Made by a program: the position numbers and the translations under genes. DNA of 64,000 nt, taken from Bdellovibrionales bacterium. GTDB lineage: Bacteria > Bdellovibrionota > Bdellovibrionia > Bdellovibrionales > JAGQZY01. The stretch lies in NCBI GenBank assembly GCA_031426555.1, contig JANPLN010000054.1:1-64000 (forward strand). Reading direction: 5' to 3'. Position 1 is the stretch's first letter. Each line of letters starts with the position of its first letter. Below are positions 29,249 to 37,608 of this stretch, one piece after another. The notes under the pieces were generated by a model, which was not told where the DNA came from, did no database searches, and saw only the letters and a list, made by a program, of their open reading frames with translations.

Positions 29249-29743
29249 ATGGAACCTCGTTTGCCAATATCCACTCAATGGACGCCCTTCCCTGAGGAGC
29301 TCCTCCAACAGATCATCGAGGTCACAGAAGACCACTTTTCTGACTACGAAAGAGGCGACCGCCAGTTTATTGCAGAAGGTCGAATTTACCCCACAGAAAT
29401 CGTTTTGCGCATTGGCCTGATGGCCGCCAAGGGCGAACTGCGCCAAGACAACTTTGAAGCCTCCCTAGAATACAGCGTCGAGAAAGATAAACCGGTTGAA
29501 CAGATCCATATCCTGGTGGATTTTTTAGCGGAAACTTGGGCTGAATTTTTAGAGGACGCCCCCGACCGCGAGGTGCTGCCCTTGTTATGGACGGAGCAGT
29601 TTTTCGAAAAGAAACCCATCTATATTCGCTACACCTCAGAGAATTCAGATCTCGAAAAAATGGCCAACGCCCTCTTAGCCAAAGACGAAAAAAAATTGGT
29701 CTACGAAGACTTGGATGAAGACACCGACTCCGGTCTTCACTAA
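29249..29743 (+). CDS. Hypothetical acidic protein
   Basis: GGAG RBS before ATG 29249; divergent from miaB and upstream of msrB. Confidence 0.75.
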   Translation: MEPRLPISTQWTPFPEELLQQIIEVTEDHFSDYERGDRQFIAEGRIYPTEIVLRIGLMAAKGELRQDNFEASLEYSVEKDKPVEQIHILVDFLAETWAEFLEDAPDREVLPLLWTEQFFEKKPIYIRYTSENSDLEKMANALLAKDEKKLVYEDLDEDTDSGLH

Positions 29744-29757
29744 TAGAAAGTAAGAAA

Positions 29758-30192
29758 ATGACAAAACCATCGCCCTCGGACCTCAAAAAAACACTCACTC
29801 CCATTCAGTACGAAGTGACACAAAAGGAAGGCACCGAACCTCCCTTTAACAACGAATACTGGAACAACGACCGTGAAGGCATTTACGTAGATGTAGTTTC
29901 GGGCGAGCCCCTGTTTAGCTCCCTCGATAAATTTGACTCCGGCACCGGCTGGCCAAGCTTTACAAAACCGCTCAAGCAAGAAAACATCACCGAAAAAACC
30001 GACAGAAAATTCTTCAGCGTGCGCACCGAAGTGCGCAGCAAAACCGCCGACTCCCACTTAGGCCACGTCTTCAACGACGGCCCAAACCCCACCGGCCTCC
30101 GCTACTGCATGAATTCCGCCGCCTTAAAATTCATCCCCAAAGAAGAATTAGAAGCCGCAGGCTACAGCGAATACCTCACGCTATTTAAATAA
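29758..30192 (+). CDS. msrB: Peptide-methionine (R)-S-oxide reductase, cytoplasmic
   Basis: [20 protein letters not shown] and RYCMNS motifs; no signal peptide. Confidence 0.97.
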   Translation: MTKPSPSDLKKTLTPIQYEVTQKEGTEPPFNNEYWNNDREGIYVDVVSGEPLFSSLDKFDSGTGWPSFTKPLKQENITEKTDRKFFSVRTEVRSKTADSHLGHVFNDGPNPTGLRYCMNSAALKFIPKEELEAAGYSEYLTLFK

Positions 30193-30319
30193 AAAAACCT
30201 AGCATTTGATAAGTAATAAACTTGTTTCATTGAATGCATGGCGAACGTTAACGTTCCATAAAGACGCGCTCTGCTTGCTTTAACGAACGACGAGATTGGT
30301 CGTAGATCACAAATGGACT

Positions 30320-30444
30320 AACCTTAATTTTTAATTGGGGCTTTTTTGAAAGGCCCCAAAAACGAGTTCCGCAGGCCCGAAGGGACGAGGACTGTCCGAG
30401 GCTTTTGGGGCCTTACAAAAAAGCCCCAATTAAAAATTAAGGTT
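30320..30444. repeat. MITE/REP-like element with 42-bp inverted arms around a GC-rich core
   Basis: Arms 30320-30361 and 30403-30444 are reverse complements with 1 mismatch. The core recurs at 63589-63633. Confidence 0.85.
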
Positions 30445-31447
30445 TCATCTCGATGACTTCAAAATTCACCTGCGGATAAACACCCTCAGGATAACTGTCC
30501 CAATCAATCCCCGCACCAAACTCGATGGAGTTGTTGCTCGCATTGTAGGTCCAGCCGAATTTCGCATCACTGGGAAGTTCGGCGCCGTCCATTGTGATCT
30601 GAATGGTTCCTTGGACAGGAACCTGACTCAAATACATGGTTTGCGCTTGGTTGGCAATTTTGGCCCCGATGTCGGCAAGTTTATCGCCAAAGTTGTCGCA
30701 TAGGGAAAACGTGGTGGCTTGCGTGAGCTGAAAAAAATCAGTGAGTCCGCTTTTATTTTGAATATCGCTTGTTTCCCCAGAGCAGGTTTTAATCTCGCTA
30801 TCGGGAATGTGTGCCGCCGCTACAAAAAGTTTTTCGGCAGAGCCTTTGAGAGTTAATAAAAAACTATTGAGGCTTTGGGCTGTGAACATTTTAGATTGAT
30901 CTTCGGTGTCGGTAATAAAGATCAACGCGAGGCTTGCGCTCTGACGATAAAATCCCACGTTGTGCCCCGATAAATTGGGCTCTGTAAATGCCAGATAGAC
31001 GGGATCAAAAAATTTCTCAGTCGCATCGCCCGAGGTCCCAACAATAAGATTTGAAGCCAAAACTTGAATCCCATTGGGTGTTGCTCGATCCACATAACGT
31101 GGTGTTCCCGCGAGGGCTCCACAGCAAGGCTTGCTACTCCACGATGAACCCATTGAAGTGCTGGTGATCACACCAACGTGATAGTCTAAAAATTTAGTGC
31201 GCACGATGGCATCGGCAAATTTATTAATATTTTGCGACAAATTCGTTTGATGCGTGGACATACTGCCCGAATCGTCGATCACGAAAAGTATATCCAACTG
31301 CGGACGAAATGAGTTCTTACTGATGGGAGCGGTTTCGCTGACTTTTTCGGGATCATTAGGCACGCGCGGAATTTTTTTTGGCGTTTCTTCAGAGCAGCTT
31401 GCTGCCATGAGAGCAAAAATTATGATACACAAATATTTAGTAACCAT
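30437..31447 (-). CDS. vWA-domain lipoprotein (CglB-like adhesin candidate), copy 2
   Basis: Lipobox AASC; MIDAS 'DILFVIDDSGSM' and 'IFITDTED'; AGGAGG RBS. Confidence 0.85.
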   Translation of the reverse strand: MVTKYLCIIIFALMAASCSEETPKKIPRVPNDPEKVSETAPISKNSFRPQLDILFVIDDSGSMSTHQTNLSQNINKFADAIVRTKFLDYHVGVITSTSMGSSWSSKPCCGALAGTPRYVDRATPNGIQVLASNLIVGTSGDATEKFFDPVYLAFTEPNLSGHNVGFYRQSASLALIFITDTEDQSKMFTAQSLNSFLLTLKGSAEKLFVAAAHIPDSEIKTCSGETSDIQNKSGLTDFFQLTQATTFSLCDNFGDKLADIGAKIANQAQTMYLSQVPVQGTIQITMDGAELPSDAKFGWTYNASNNSIEFGAGIDWDSYPEGVYPQVNFEVIEMKP

Positions 31448-31551
31448 AGTCCTCCTACATCCTTGTCGAGGTTATAATTTCTTATACTTCTATTTAATAA
31501 TCTATACTACTGAACTGTCAAGACACTGTTAAGATGAAGCAAGATCGAACT

Positions 31552-31571
31552 AGCTCTCGGTATCGAGAGCT
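31552..31571. terminator. Hairpin between the vWA paralogs
   Basis: AGCTCTCG-GTAT-CGAGAGCT 5 nt after the 31577 stop; weak U-tract. Confidence 0.4.
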
Positions 31572-31576
31572 CTGTT

Positions 31577-32602
31577 TTAACGACCCTGAGGCTTTTGTTG
31601 CAAAATTTCAAACTCGACCTGGGGAAACACGCCCACCGGATAACTGTCCCAGTCGATGCCCGAGCCAAACTCGATAGAATTATTGCTCGCATTGTAGGTC
31701 CAGCCATACTTTGAGTCGCTGGGAAGCGACACCCCATCCAGAGTGATCTTTACAGTGCCACGAACTGGAGTTTGCTGAAGAAACATAGATTGTGATTTAG
31801 CCACAATTTTTTCGCCAAGGTCCGCAAGCTTCTCACCAAAGTTATCGCACAACGAAAATGTAATGGCGTTTGTAAGCCCAAAAAACACTTCAAGGCCATC
31901 AAGGTCCGTGATTTCAATGTCCTCCTGGGAAGGACAGGTGGCCAAATTCAAATCGCTGATGTAGGCCGAGGCGACGATTAATTTTTCTGGATTTTTTTTC
32001 AAAGATAGCAAAAATTTATGCAAACTCGCTGCACTTTGCTGGGTTGATTGATCTTCACTGTCGGTGACAAAGATCACTGCCAACGTCGCATAGTCGCGGT
32101 AGAAGCCAGCATTGTAACCGGACAGATTTGGCTCTGTCAGCGCCATATAGACCGGATCAAAAAACCTTTCCGTCCCGTCGCCGGCGGTTCCCACCACTAG
32201 ATTTTGCGCGAGAACGTTGATTCCATTTGCCGTGAGCCGATCCACATACCTCACCGAACCCTCGAGCATTCCACAACATGAGTTTGGAGTGTAATAAGAG
32301 GTATTCGTCGAACTCGAAATCACTCCCACATGATAGTCTAAATACTTAATGCGAACGATGGCATCGGCAAACTTAGATATGTTGGCCATTAAGTTTTGTT
32401 GATGGGGATCCATACTGCCCGAGTCGTCGATCACAAACAAAACATCCAGCGCAGGGCGAAATGAATCCTTGCTGAGCGGCGCCACTTCAGAAGTGGTTTC
32501 TTTTTCCACAGGGTTCAAAGGAATCTTCTTCGGCGACTCCGCCGAGCAGCTGAGAAGACTGGCGAGCATAAAAACAATGAGAACCTGTTTTCTACTTATC
32601 AT
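31577..32602 (-). CDS. vWA-domain lipoprotein (CglB-like adhesin candidate), copy 1
   Basis: Lipobox LLSC; MIDAS 'DVLFVIDDSGSM' and 'IFVTDSED'; ATGA overlap with the upstream TPR gene. Confidence 0.85.
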   Translation of the reverse strand: MISRKQVLIVFMLASLLSCSAESPKKIPLNPVEKETTSEVAPLSKDSFRPALDVLFVIDDSGSMDPHQQNLMANISKFADAIVRIKYLDYHVGVISSSTNTSYYTPNSCCGMLEGSVRYVDRLTANGINVLAQNLVVGTAGDGTERFFDPVYMALTEPNLSGYNAGFYRDYATLAVIFVTDSEDQSTQQSAASLHKFLLSLKKNPEKLIVASAYISDLNLATCPSQEDIEITDLDGLEVFFGLTNAITFSLCDNFGEKLADLGEKIVAKSQSMFLQQTPVRGTVKITLDGVSLPSDSKYGWTYNASNNSIEFGSGIDWDSYPVGVFPQVEFEILQQKPQGR

Positions 32603-34215
32603 TTTTTCACCGCCTGACATCCTTTAATAACGTCAACTTTGTATTTTCCGATTTCGTCAAACCAAACTTGGCCGTTTTCTGCAGGAAACGTGATTTGATC
32701 CCTTGCATCCGCAATGGTGGTTCCCTTTTTTTCGATGGCTTTGGAGTCTAGCGCAGCCTGAACCACTTTTTGCGCAGTTATAGCTTGTTGAAGCACTTCC
32801 GCTTCTACGATGTGCATTTTTTGTAGAAGACGGTGAATATCGGATATCTCTTCGTTAGCGAGTGCTTTAAATCGTGCATAAGCTGCACTTCGAGCATCAC
32901 TCAACTGCGCGTCGATTGACTGTTTAAAGCGTGTTAAGTTCTCGCCTGAGGCCTGCGTCGCAAGTTCTGGATTCACAGTGAAAGACCTTTTGTAAATACC
33001 CATGGCGATGTCGGACTCGCGCTCAAATTCTCGCTCCAGAAGAATGGCCTTATGGAGAGACTCATCGCGCGACACCAGGCGAGGAAGACTTGCTGCCATT
33101 TTGCCAAGTTCGGTTATTTTCAAACGCTGCTTTTTTGTTTTCGCGATAAATTCTTTAACGGTTGGCGTATTTGCATCTTGGGCAAGTTTTAACATTTCGC
33201 CAGTTTTTGGCTTAAAGCGCTCACGAAAAGTGGCCAGAGTTTTTAAAACGCCAGGATAGTCACAGACTTTGAGTTGACCTAAGGACCGTAAAAAAACCGT
33301 CTCTGCCCCCACGATGGATTGCAGTTCTGGCATTAACAAACTCTCTGTGACCGCCAATGTATTTTGTGGCTCGCCCTTAAGCAGGTACGACCACCCCATT
33401 TCTTCTTGCGCGTCCAACCAAAATTCTGACTTTGTTGGAATTTTTTTGTAGTACTTAGCTGCCGCATCCATATATCCGTTTTCAAATAACATGCGGGCGG
33501 CAGTCATGTTCATCAAATCCATACCCACTGGGTTTTCGGGTGTGGTCATGAGACTGTTTAAAAGTTTTGCGGCAGTCACCGAGTCACCGGCCATGGCCAG
33601 CGAAAGCACCAGTTGCCACTGGATGGCGGCGCGATCTCGCGTGCCCGGTGCTGAGGATTTAATAATATTTTTAAGCTCTTCCACATCTTTTGCCGAAAAA
33701 ACTTTGTTGGACTTTACTTGCACTTCCACCGACGGACTAAAAATCGGAGTCCAGCCAGGAGCCCACTGAATTCGCGCTAATTTCCAAACTGTGTGATTGT
33801 CATGCAGCATCTCGCGCAGTGGCTCGGCCAGAACTTTTGATAATTTTTTTGGATCCACCTGAGCGAAAAGCGTTTCCACTCCGAATACGGTCATGCCATT
33901 TTTTAAAAATAAATAAACGAGCAGTCCCTGCCCATTGGCTGTTTTATGATCTGACGATTTTCCAAAAGCTTCGAAGTATTGCAACAGTGCTTTTTCAAAC
34001 TCGCCGTTTTGCATAAGACCGAAAAGAATATTTTGTTCGGCGGTGGTTTTAGGAAAGAGAGCTTTAAACGGCGACGTCTCCGCTCCTACTTGCTGCTTCA
34101 TTTCTTTTTCTGTTTTAGGCTTTCCGGAATCCCCACCTAAAATCGATAATACATCATCGTCAGCATTGGCTGAGACCGTGAGCAAACAGGCCGCGATAAT
34201 TAAGATTTTTTTCAT
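32599..34215 (-). CDS. Exported TPR protein, GltC-like
   Basis: Signal peptide, TPR-like helices, 'QLKVCDY' and C-terminal 'VWFDEIGKY...GC', resembling GltC ends. Confidence 0.7.
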   Translation of the reverse strand: MKKILIIAACLLTVSANADDDVLSILGGDSGKPKTEKEMKQQVGAETSPFKALFPKTTAEQNILFGLMQNGEFEKALLQYFEAFGKSSDHKTANGQGLLVYLFLKNGMTVFGVETLFAQVDPKKLSKVLAEPLREMLHDNHTVWKLARIQWAPGWTPIFSPSVEVQVKSNKVFSAKDVEELKNIIKSSAPGTRDRAAIQWQLVLSLAMAGDSVTAAKLLNSLMTTPENPVGMDLMNMTAARMLFENGYMDAAAKYYKKIPTKSEFWLDAQEEMGWSYLLKGEPQNTLAVTESLLMPELQSIVGAETVFLRSLGQLKVCDYPGVLKTLATFRERFKPKTGEMLKLAQDANTPTVKEFIAKTKKQRLKITELGKMAASLPRLVSRDESLHKAILLEREFERESDIAMGIYKRSFTVNPELATQASGENLTRFKQSIDAQLSDARSAAYARFKALANEEISDIHRLLQKMHIVEAEVLQQAITAQKVVQAALDSKAIEKKGTTIADARDQITFPAENGQVWFDEIGKYKVDVIKGCQAVKK

Positions 34216-34898
34216 AGGAGATATCCCAACTGAAGGCTCGCCACAACGTTATCTAAGTCCACACCCTTGTCGTATCTTTGCGCTTCATAGGTTTGATAGC
34301 GCACTTCGAAACGCGACGAAAAATGCTGACTCCACCAAAGACCCACGCCACCACCGGCGGACCAGGTTGGTGTTGTTCCGCTTCGCAAATTGATGTTTCC
34401 ATAACCTAAACTCCCGTACAGATCGAAGTGCGTGATACCGATGTTCATGGTGTTCATTTTTCCGTAGATAGGATAAAAATTGACGAAACCCATCACTGAG
34501 TCTGTAGGAAAATCCATGTCGGGGATAATTCCTTTGTCGTTGGCATCCACGTCGTTGATTAAATTTTCGCCTTCTTTGTTCAGCGCGTTTGAAAACTTAG
34601 CGTATCTCGCCCCAACGCTGATCCAAGGGACAATGTGGAGTTGCGCCGTGAGCCCGTAAGCCGTGGTGTCCATGTAGGCATCGCCACCCGTGAAGGCCGA
34701 CAGTTCCGGTGCGAGCTCAACCCGCATTCTGCGATCCACCACACGCTGCTGAACAACCGTCACATTGAGATCGGGATGCAAAGCTTTTGCGGTGTCGAAC
34801 AAGTCTTTGTTTTCACCGAGGCCATCGAAATCCTTCATGACGTCGGCGTTGGCCCATTGTGAACTTGCGAATATAAGTATAAAAATAATTTTTTTCAT
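34212..34898 (-). CDS. Outer-membrane beta-barrel, GltA/GltB-like
   Basis: Signal peptide, 'VVQQR', 'PIYGKM', 'HFDLY' and terminal 'LGYLL', typical of the myxobacterial OMP family. Confidence 0.75.
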   Translation of the reverse strand: MKKIIFILIFASSQWANADVMKDFDGLGENKDLFDTAKALHPDLNVTVVQQRVVDRRMRVELAPELSAFTGGDAYMDTTAYGLTAQLHIVPWISVGARYAKFSNALNKEGENLINDVDANDKGIIPDMDFPTDSVMGFVNFYPIYGKMNTMNIGITHFDLYGSLGYGNINLRSGTTPTWSAGGGVGLWWSQHFSSRFEVRYQTYEAQRYDKGVDLDNVVASLQLGYLL

Positions 34899-34931
34899 AA
34901 AATCTCCGATTTCGACGATACGTTTAGCTGA

Positions 34932-36152
34932 TCAGTTGAGTTGAATCGTTCCTTTAAAAACTTGTTCTTTGTAGTCCACGTCGTTGGTGATTGGACTGCT
35001 GTTTCGCGCCTTATATTCGATAATTTTATCCCCCAAAAGCTCATCCACTGAAACATCCCATTGGATGGTACAGAGGAATGTTGACTGTGGCTTACCAAAA
35101 CTCGCAGGCACTGCTTTGCAGGAGCACATTGGTTTTGATTGCGATCCCAGCGCCGAACATTGCGTGATAAAATCCACGGCCATGCGTCCCTCGGCCTTTG
35201 GATCTAATACAGTAAAAGTATAGGTGTTGCCTGTGCCAACCTTAAAGATGACGTTCTCTGTCCACGTGGTCACTGGCGCAGAAACCGACGTCCAAACAGG
35301 GAGGACCACATTGTAGGGATTGGACTGAACGGAATTCCCCGAAAGCGCCACTACATCAAAATATCCCGTGCTTGTGGCCTTGGTGATTTCGATTTCTGAA
35401 AGATTGATGGAAACATCAAAGTACCATTTGCCAAGTTTTTCGTCCATTAAGGTGGTTCTATCAATTTTGATAAACGGAGCCAGACTCACACCTGAGCTCT
35501 TCGATAAGAACAGCAGCGTCGGGCGCTCGCCATTGACGTCTTTTGATTCCATATCTTCGATATTCACACCAAACTTAGAAACGATGCCCGACTCTTTAAC
35601 GTTGGAGGGAAGACCCGTCACACTTAAAATTCTCGGCACAGCAAACGCTTCGTTATAAATAAGTATTGGAATATTTGTTTTGTACGAGTAATTTTCTGCA
35701 AGATTTGTCGTTGCGATAGCAACTTCTAAAGTGACAATCAGCTTGTCGCTAAAGACAAAACCAACAGGCGGTTTCCATTTAAAGGTGAGGGAGGCTTGGA
35801 TCCCGGCGGTGGTATCGCCCGCCGTCGTGGTGACAGTGGCCCCCTTAAACTCAGCGAGGTTTACGGCCTCTATTTGATACATGGAATCTTTAAACATATT
35901 ACCACCGGTGATGGTGAATTCTGTTTCTACGCCTTCACGAAAAACATATCCCCCGGAGGTGGAGTAAATTTTTAATACATCCTGTGCCAGCGGTTTATCT
36001 GGTGGTGGTTTTGGCTTAAATGGCGTCTCACCCGCCTTGACTGCATCGGATTGATCGGCCAATGGATCAGAATCACCAAAAGGATCTGATCCGCAGGCAT
36101 TGATAAAGCCAGTGATTGCAATAAGTGTTAAAATTTTATAGACGCTTTTCAT
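34932..36152 (-). CDS. Beta-rich (Ig/cadherin-like) lipoprotein
   Basis: Lipobox INAC, Pro-rich linker, about three beta-sandwich-sized segments ('FKWKP', 'YTFTVLDP'). Confidence 0.6.
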   Translation of the reverse strand: MKSVYKILTLIAITGFINACGSDPFGDSDPLADQSDAVKAGETPFKPKPPPDKPLAQDVLKIYSTSGGYVFREGVETEFTITGGNMFKDSMYQIEAVNLAEFKGATVTTTAGDTTAGIQASLTFKWKPPVGFVFSDKLIVTLEVAIATTNLAENYSYKTNIPILIYNEAFAVPRILSVTGLPSNVKESGIVSKFGVNIEDMESKDVNGERPTLLFLSKSSGVSLAPFIKIDRTTLMDEKLGKWYFDVSINLSEIEITKATSTGYFDVVALSGNSVQSNPYNVVLPVWTSVSAPVTTWTENVIFKVGTGNTYTFTVLDPKAEGRMAVDFITQCSALGSQSKPMCSCKAVPASFGKPQSTFLCTIQWDVSVDELLGDKIIEYKARNSSPITNDVDYKEQVFKGTIQLN

Positions 36153-36161
36153 AGTTTCCCC

Positions 36162-37283
36162 TTACCCATTGTTTGCACGTTTAAAAGAGAACGGATAAGA
36201 GACTTTTACGTCAACTCCACCGTATGGAAGTGGAAACTTCCAACTTCGTAAACGCAACAAGATACAGTCTTCAATTTGTTTCGAATTTAATGTTGTATTC
36301 TCAACGTCTGCCAGTTTGATTTGTCCATTGGAGCCAATGACAAACTTCACACCCACGCGGCCCGACAAGGAAGCATCGAGCTGCAGTCCTTGCTCATAGC
36401 AGAAACGAATTTGACCCATGTTTCTTTGAATCACTCCGTCGATCACATCGCGATCCAGACCACCGTCTATGATCGCTTCTCGACCCAGTGGGATCGGCAT
36501 ATTTCCAGCTGATCCCGCCATACTTAACTTACCGTAACCTGCTTGTCCGCCACCTTTGCCTTTGGTGCCGTAACCACCACCACCGGCCATGTTGGCGCCA
36601 GCTCCGAGCGGTGCGGATACCAGGCCTTTGCCGTAGATGGAAGTTTGCACGCCGCCGCTGCCTGCGGTTCCACCAAGGCCCGGGCCCGCCGTTGTGTTGA
36701 CGGCATTGAGATTGAGTCCACCTTTTTGCGGACTTTTATTTAAACTTCCCAAAACCGCCAGCGCGCCCAATCTTTTAATGCCATTGAATGTTTTTTTGGT
36801 TTCGGTCGTTTTAACGGTGGCTTGATCTTTTTTAACCACGGGTTGCTTTGCAGTTTCGCGAGGTGGAATCTTTTTTACAATCTGTACCACTTGCTGCTTA
36901 AGCTCTTCTTTTAAATCCTCAGAGGGTCCGGCCATTCGCATGATTGTCATGAGACCGCCGTTGAGTAGGAATACAAACAAAGCGATGATGTAGATGAGTT
37001 TATTGTTATCTTTAGTCACCTGCGGCGCGTGCACCACTTCGTCCACCTGGCTGACCAAAGCCAGTTCGTTATCGCCCTCGAGATGAATCGAACGGTTTTT
37101 GATGATCTGTGGATCCACCACTGTGAGGTGACGGTAGTGTATTTTATTGCGATCCAAAAGTTTGAGATCCGAATGCAGCTCCACGCGCCGGTTATCTTCG
37201 CGACAGATCACATGCGCCAGTTGTCCATCCCAATGGAAAACTCGGGCTACTTTATCTTTGTTTTTTAAAACAAGTTTTTTCAC
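36162..37283 (-). CDS. GltG-like protein (TM, Gly-rich linker, TonB-C/AgmX-PglI C-terminal domain)
   Basis: 'GGLDRDVI..QIRFCYE..GRV.VKFVI..WKFPLP.GG.VKVSYPF'; single TM; GTG start. Confidence 0.85.
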   Translation of the reverse strand: MKKLVLKNKDKVARVFHWDGQLAHVICREDNRRVELHSDLKLLDRNKIHYRHLTVVDPQIIKNRSIHLEGDNELALVSQVDEVVHAPQVTKDNNKLIYIIALFVFLLNGGLMTIMRMAGPSEDLKEELKQQVVQIVKKIPPRETAKQPVVKKDQATVKTTETKKTFNGIKRLGALAVLGSLNKSPQKGGLNLNAVNTTAGPGLGGTAGSGGVQTSIYGKGLVSAPLGAGANMAGGGGYGTKGKGGGQAGYGKLSMAGSAGNMPIPLGREAIIDGGLDRDVIDGVIQRNMGQIRFCYEQGLQLDASLSGRVGVKFVIGSNGQIKLADVENTTLNSKQIEDCILLRLRSWKFPLPYGGVDVKVSYPFSFKRANNG

Positions 37284-37318
37284 GATATCCCTCTCATTTG
37301 TCGCATCCGATGTGACCT

Positions 37319-37600
37319 CTAGTAGCGTGCTGCCGATTGTTGAATACGATCTTTAAAATCTTTTCGCACCTGTAAAAGGCCGTCCAAAACTTTATCTTGC
37401 TCCACTGTGGTTACGGCCTCACCAGTGAAGTGATACTTCCCTTGCACGAGGAGCTCGTCGAAACTCATGTCAGTTGATTTTTTATCAGAATTTTTATTGG
37501 GCGCAGGCTGTGACTGCTGGCTCTTGCCACTTGCTTTATCAGTGGCCGTCTCTGGTGCTGCCCCCACAATTCCCACAATAAAAATAAATGCTGCTATCAC
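37319..37600 (-). CDS. GltF/CglF-like small exported protein
   Basis: 'MSFDELLVQG...LLQVRKDFKDRIQQS' resembles GltF, and it lies upstream of the gltG-like gene. Confidence 0.7.
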   Translation of the reverse strand: MIAAFIFIVGIVGAAPETATDKASGKSQQSQPAPNKNSDKKSTDMSFDELLVQGKYHFTGEAVTTVEQDKVLDGLLQVRKDFKDRIQQSAARY

Positions 37601-37608
37601 AATTCCCC

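Noticed and set aside
30243..30256. Palindrome GAACGTTAACGTTC
   Set aside because: It is isolated, lies between convergent genes and has no second copy, so I could not support a function.
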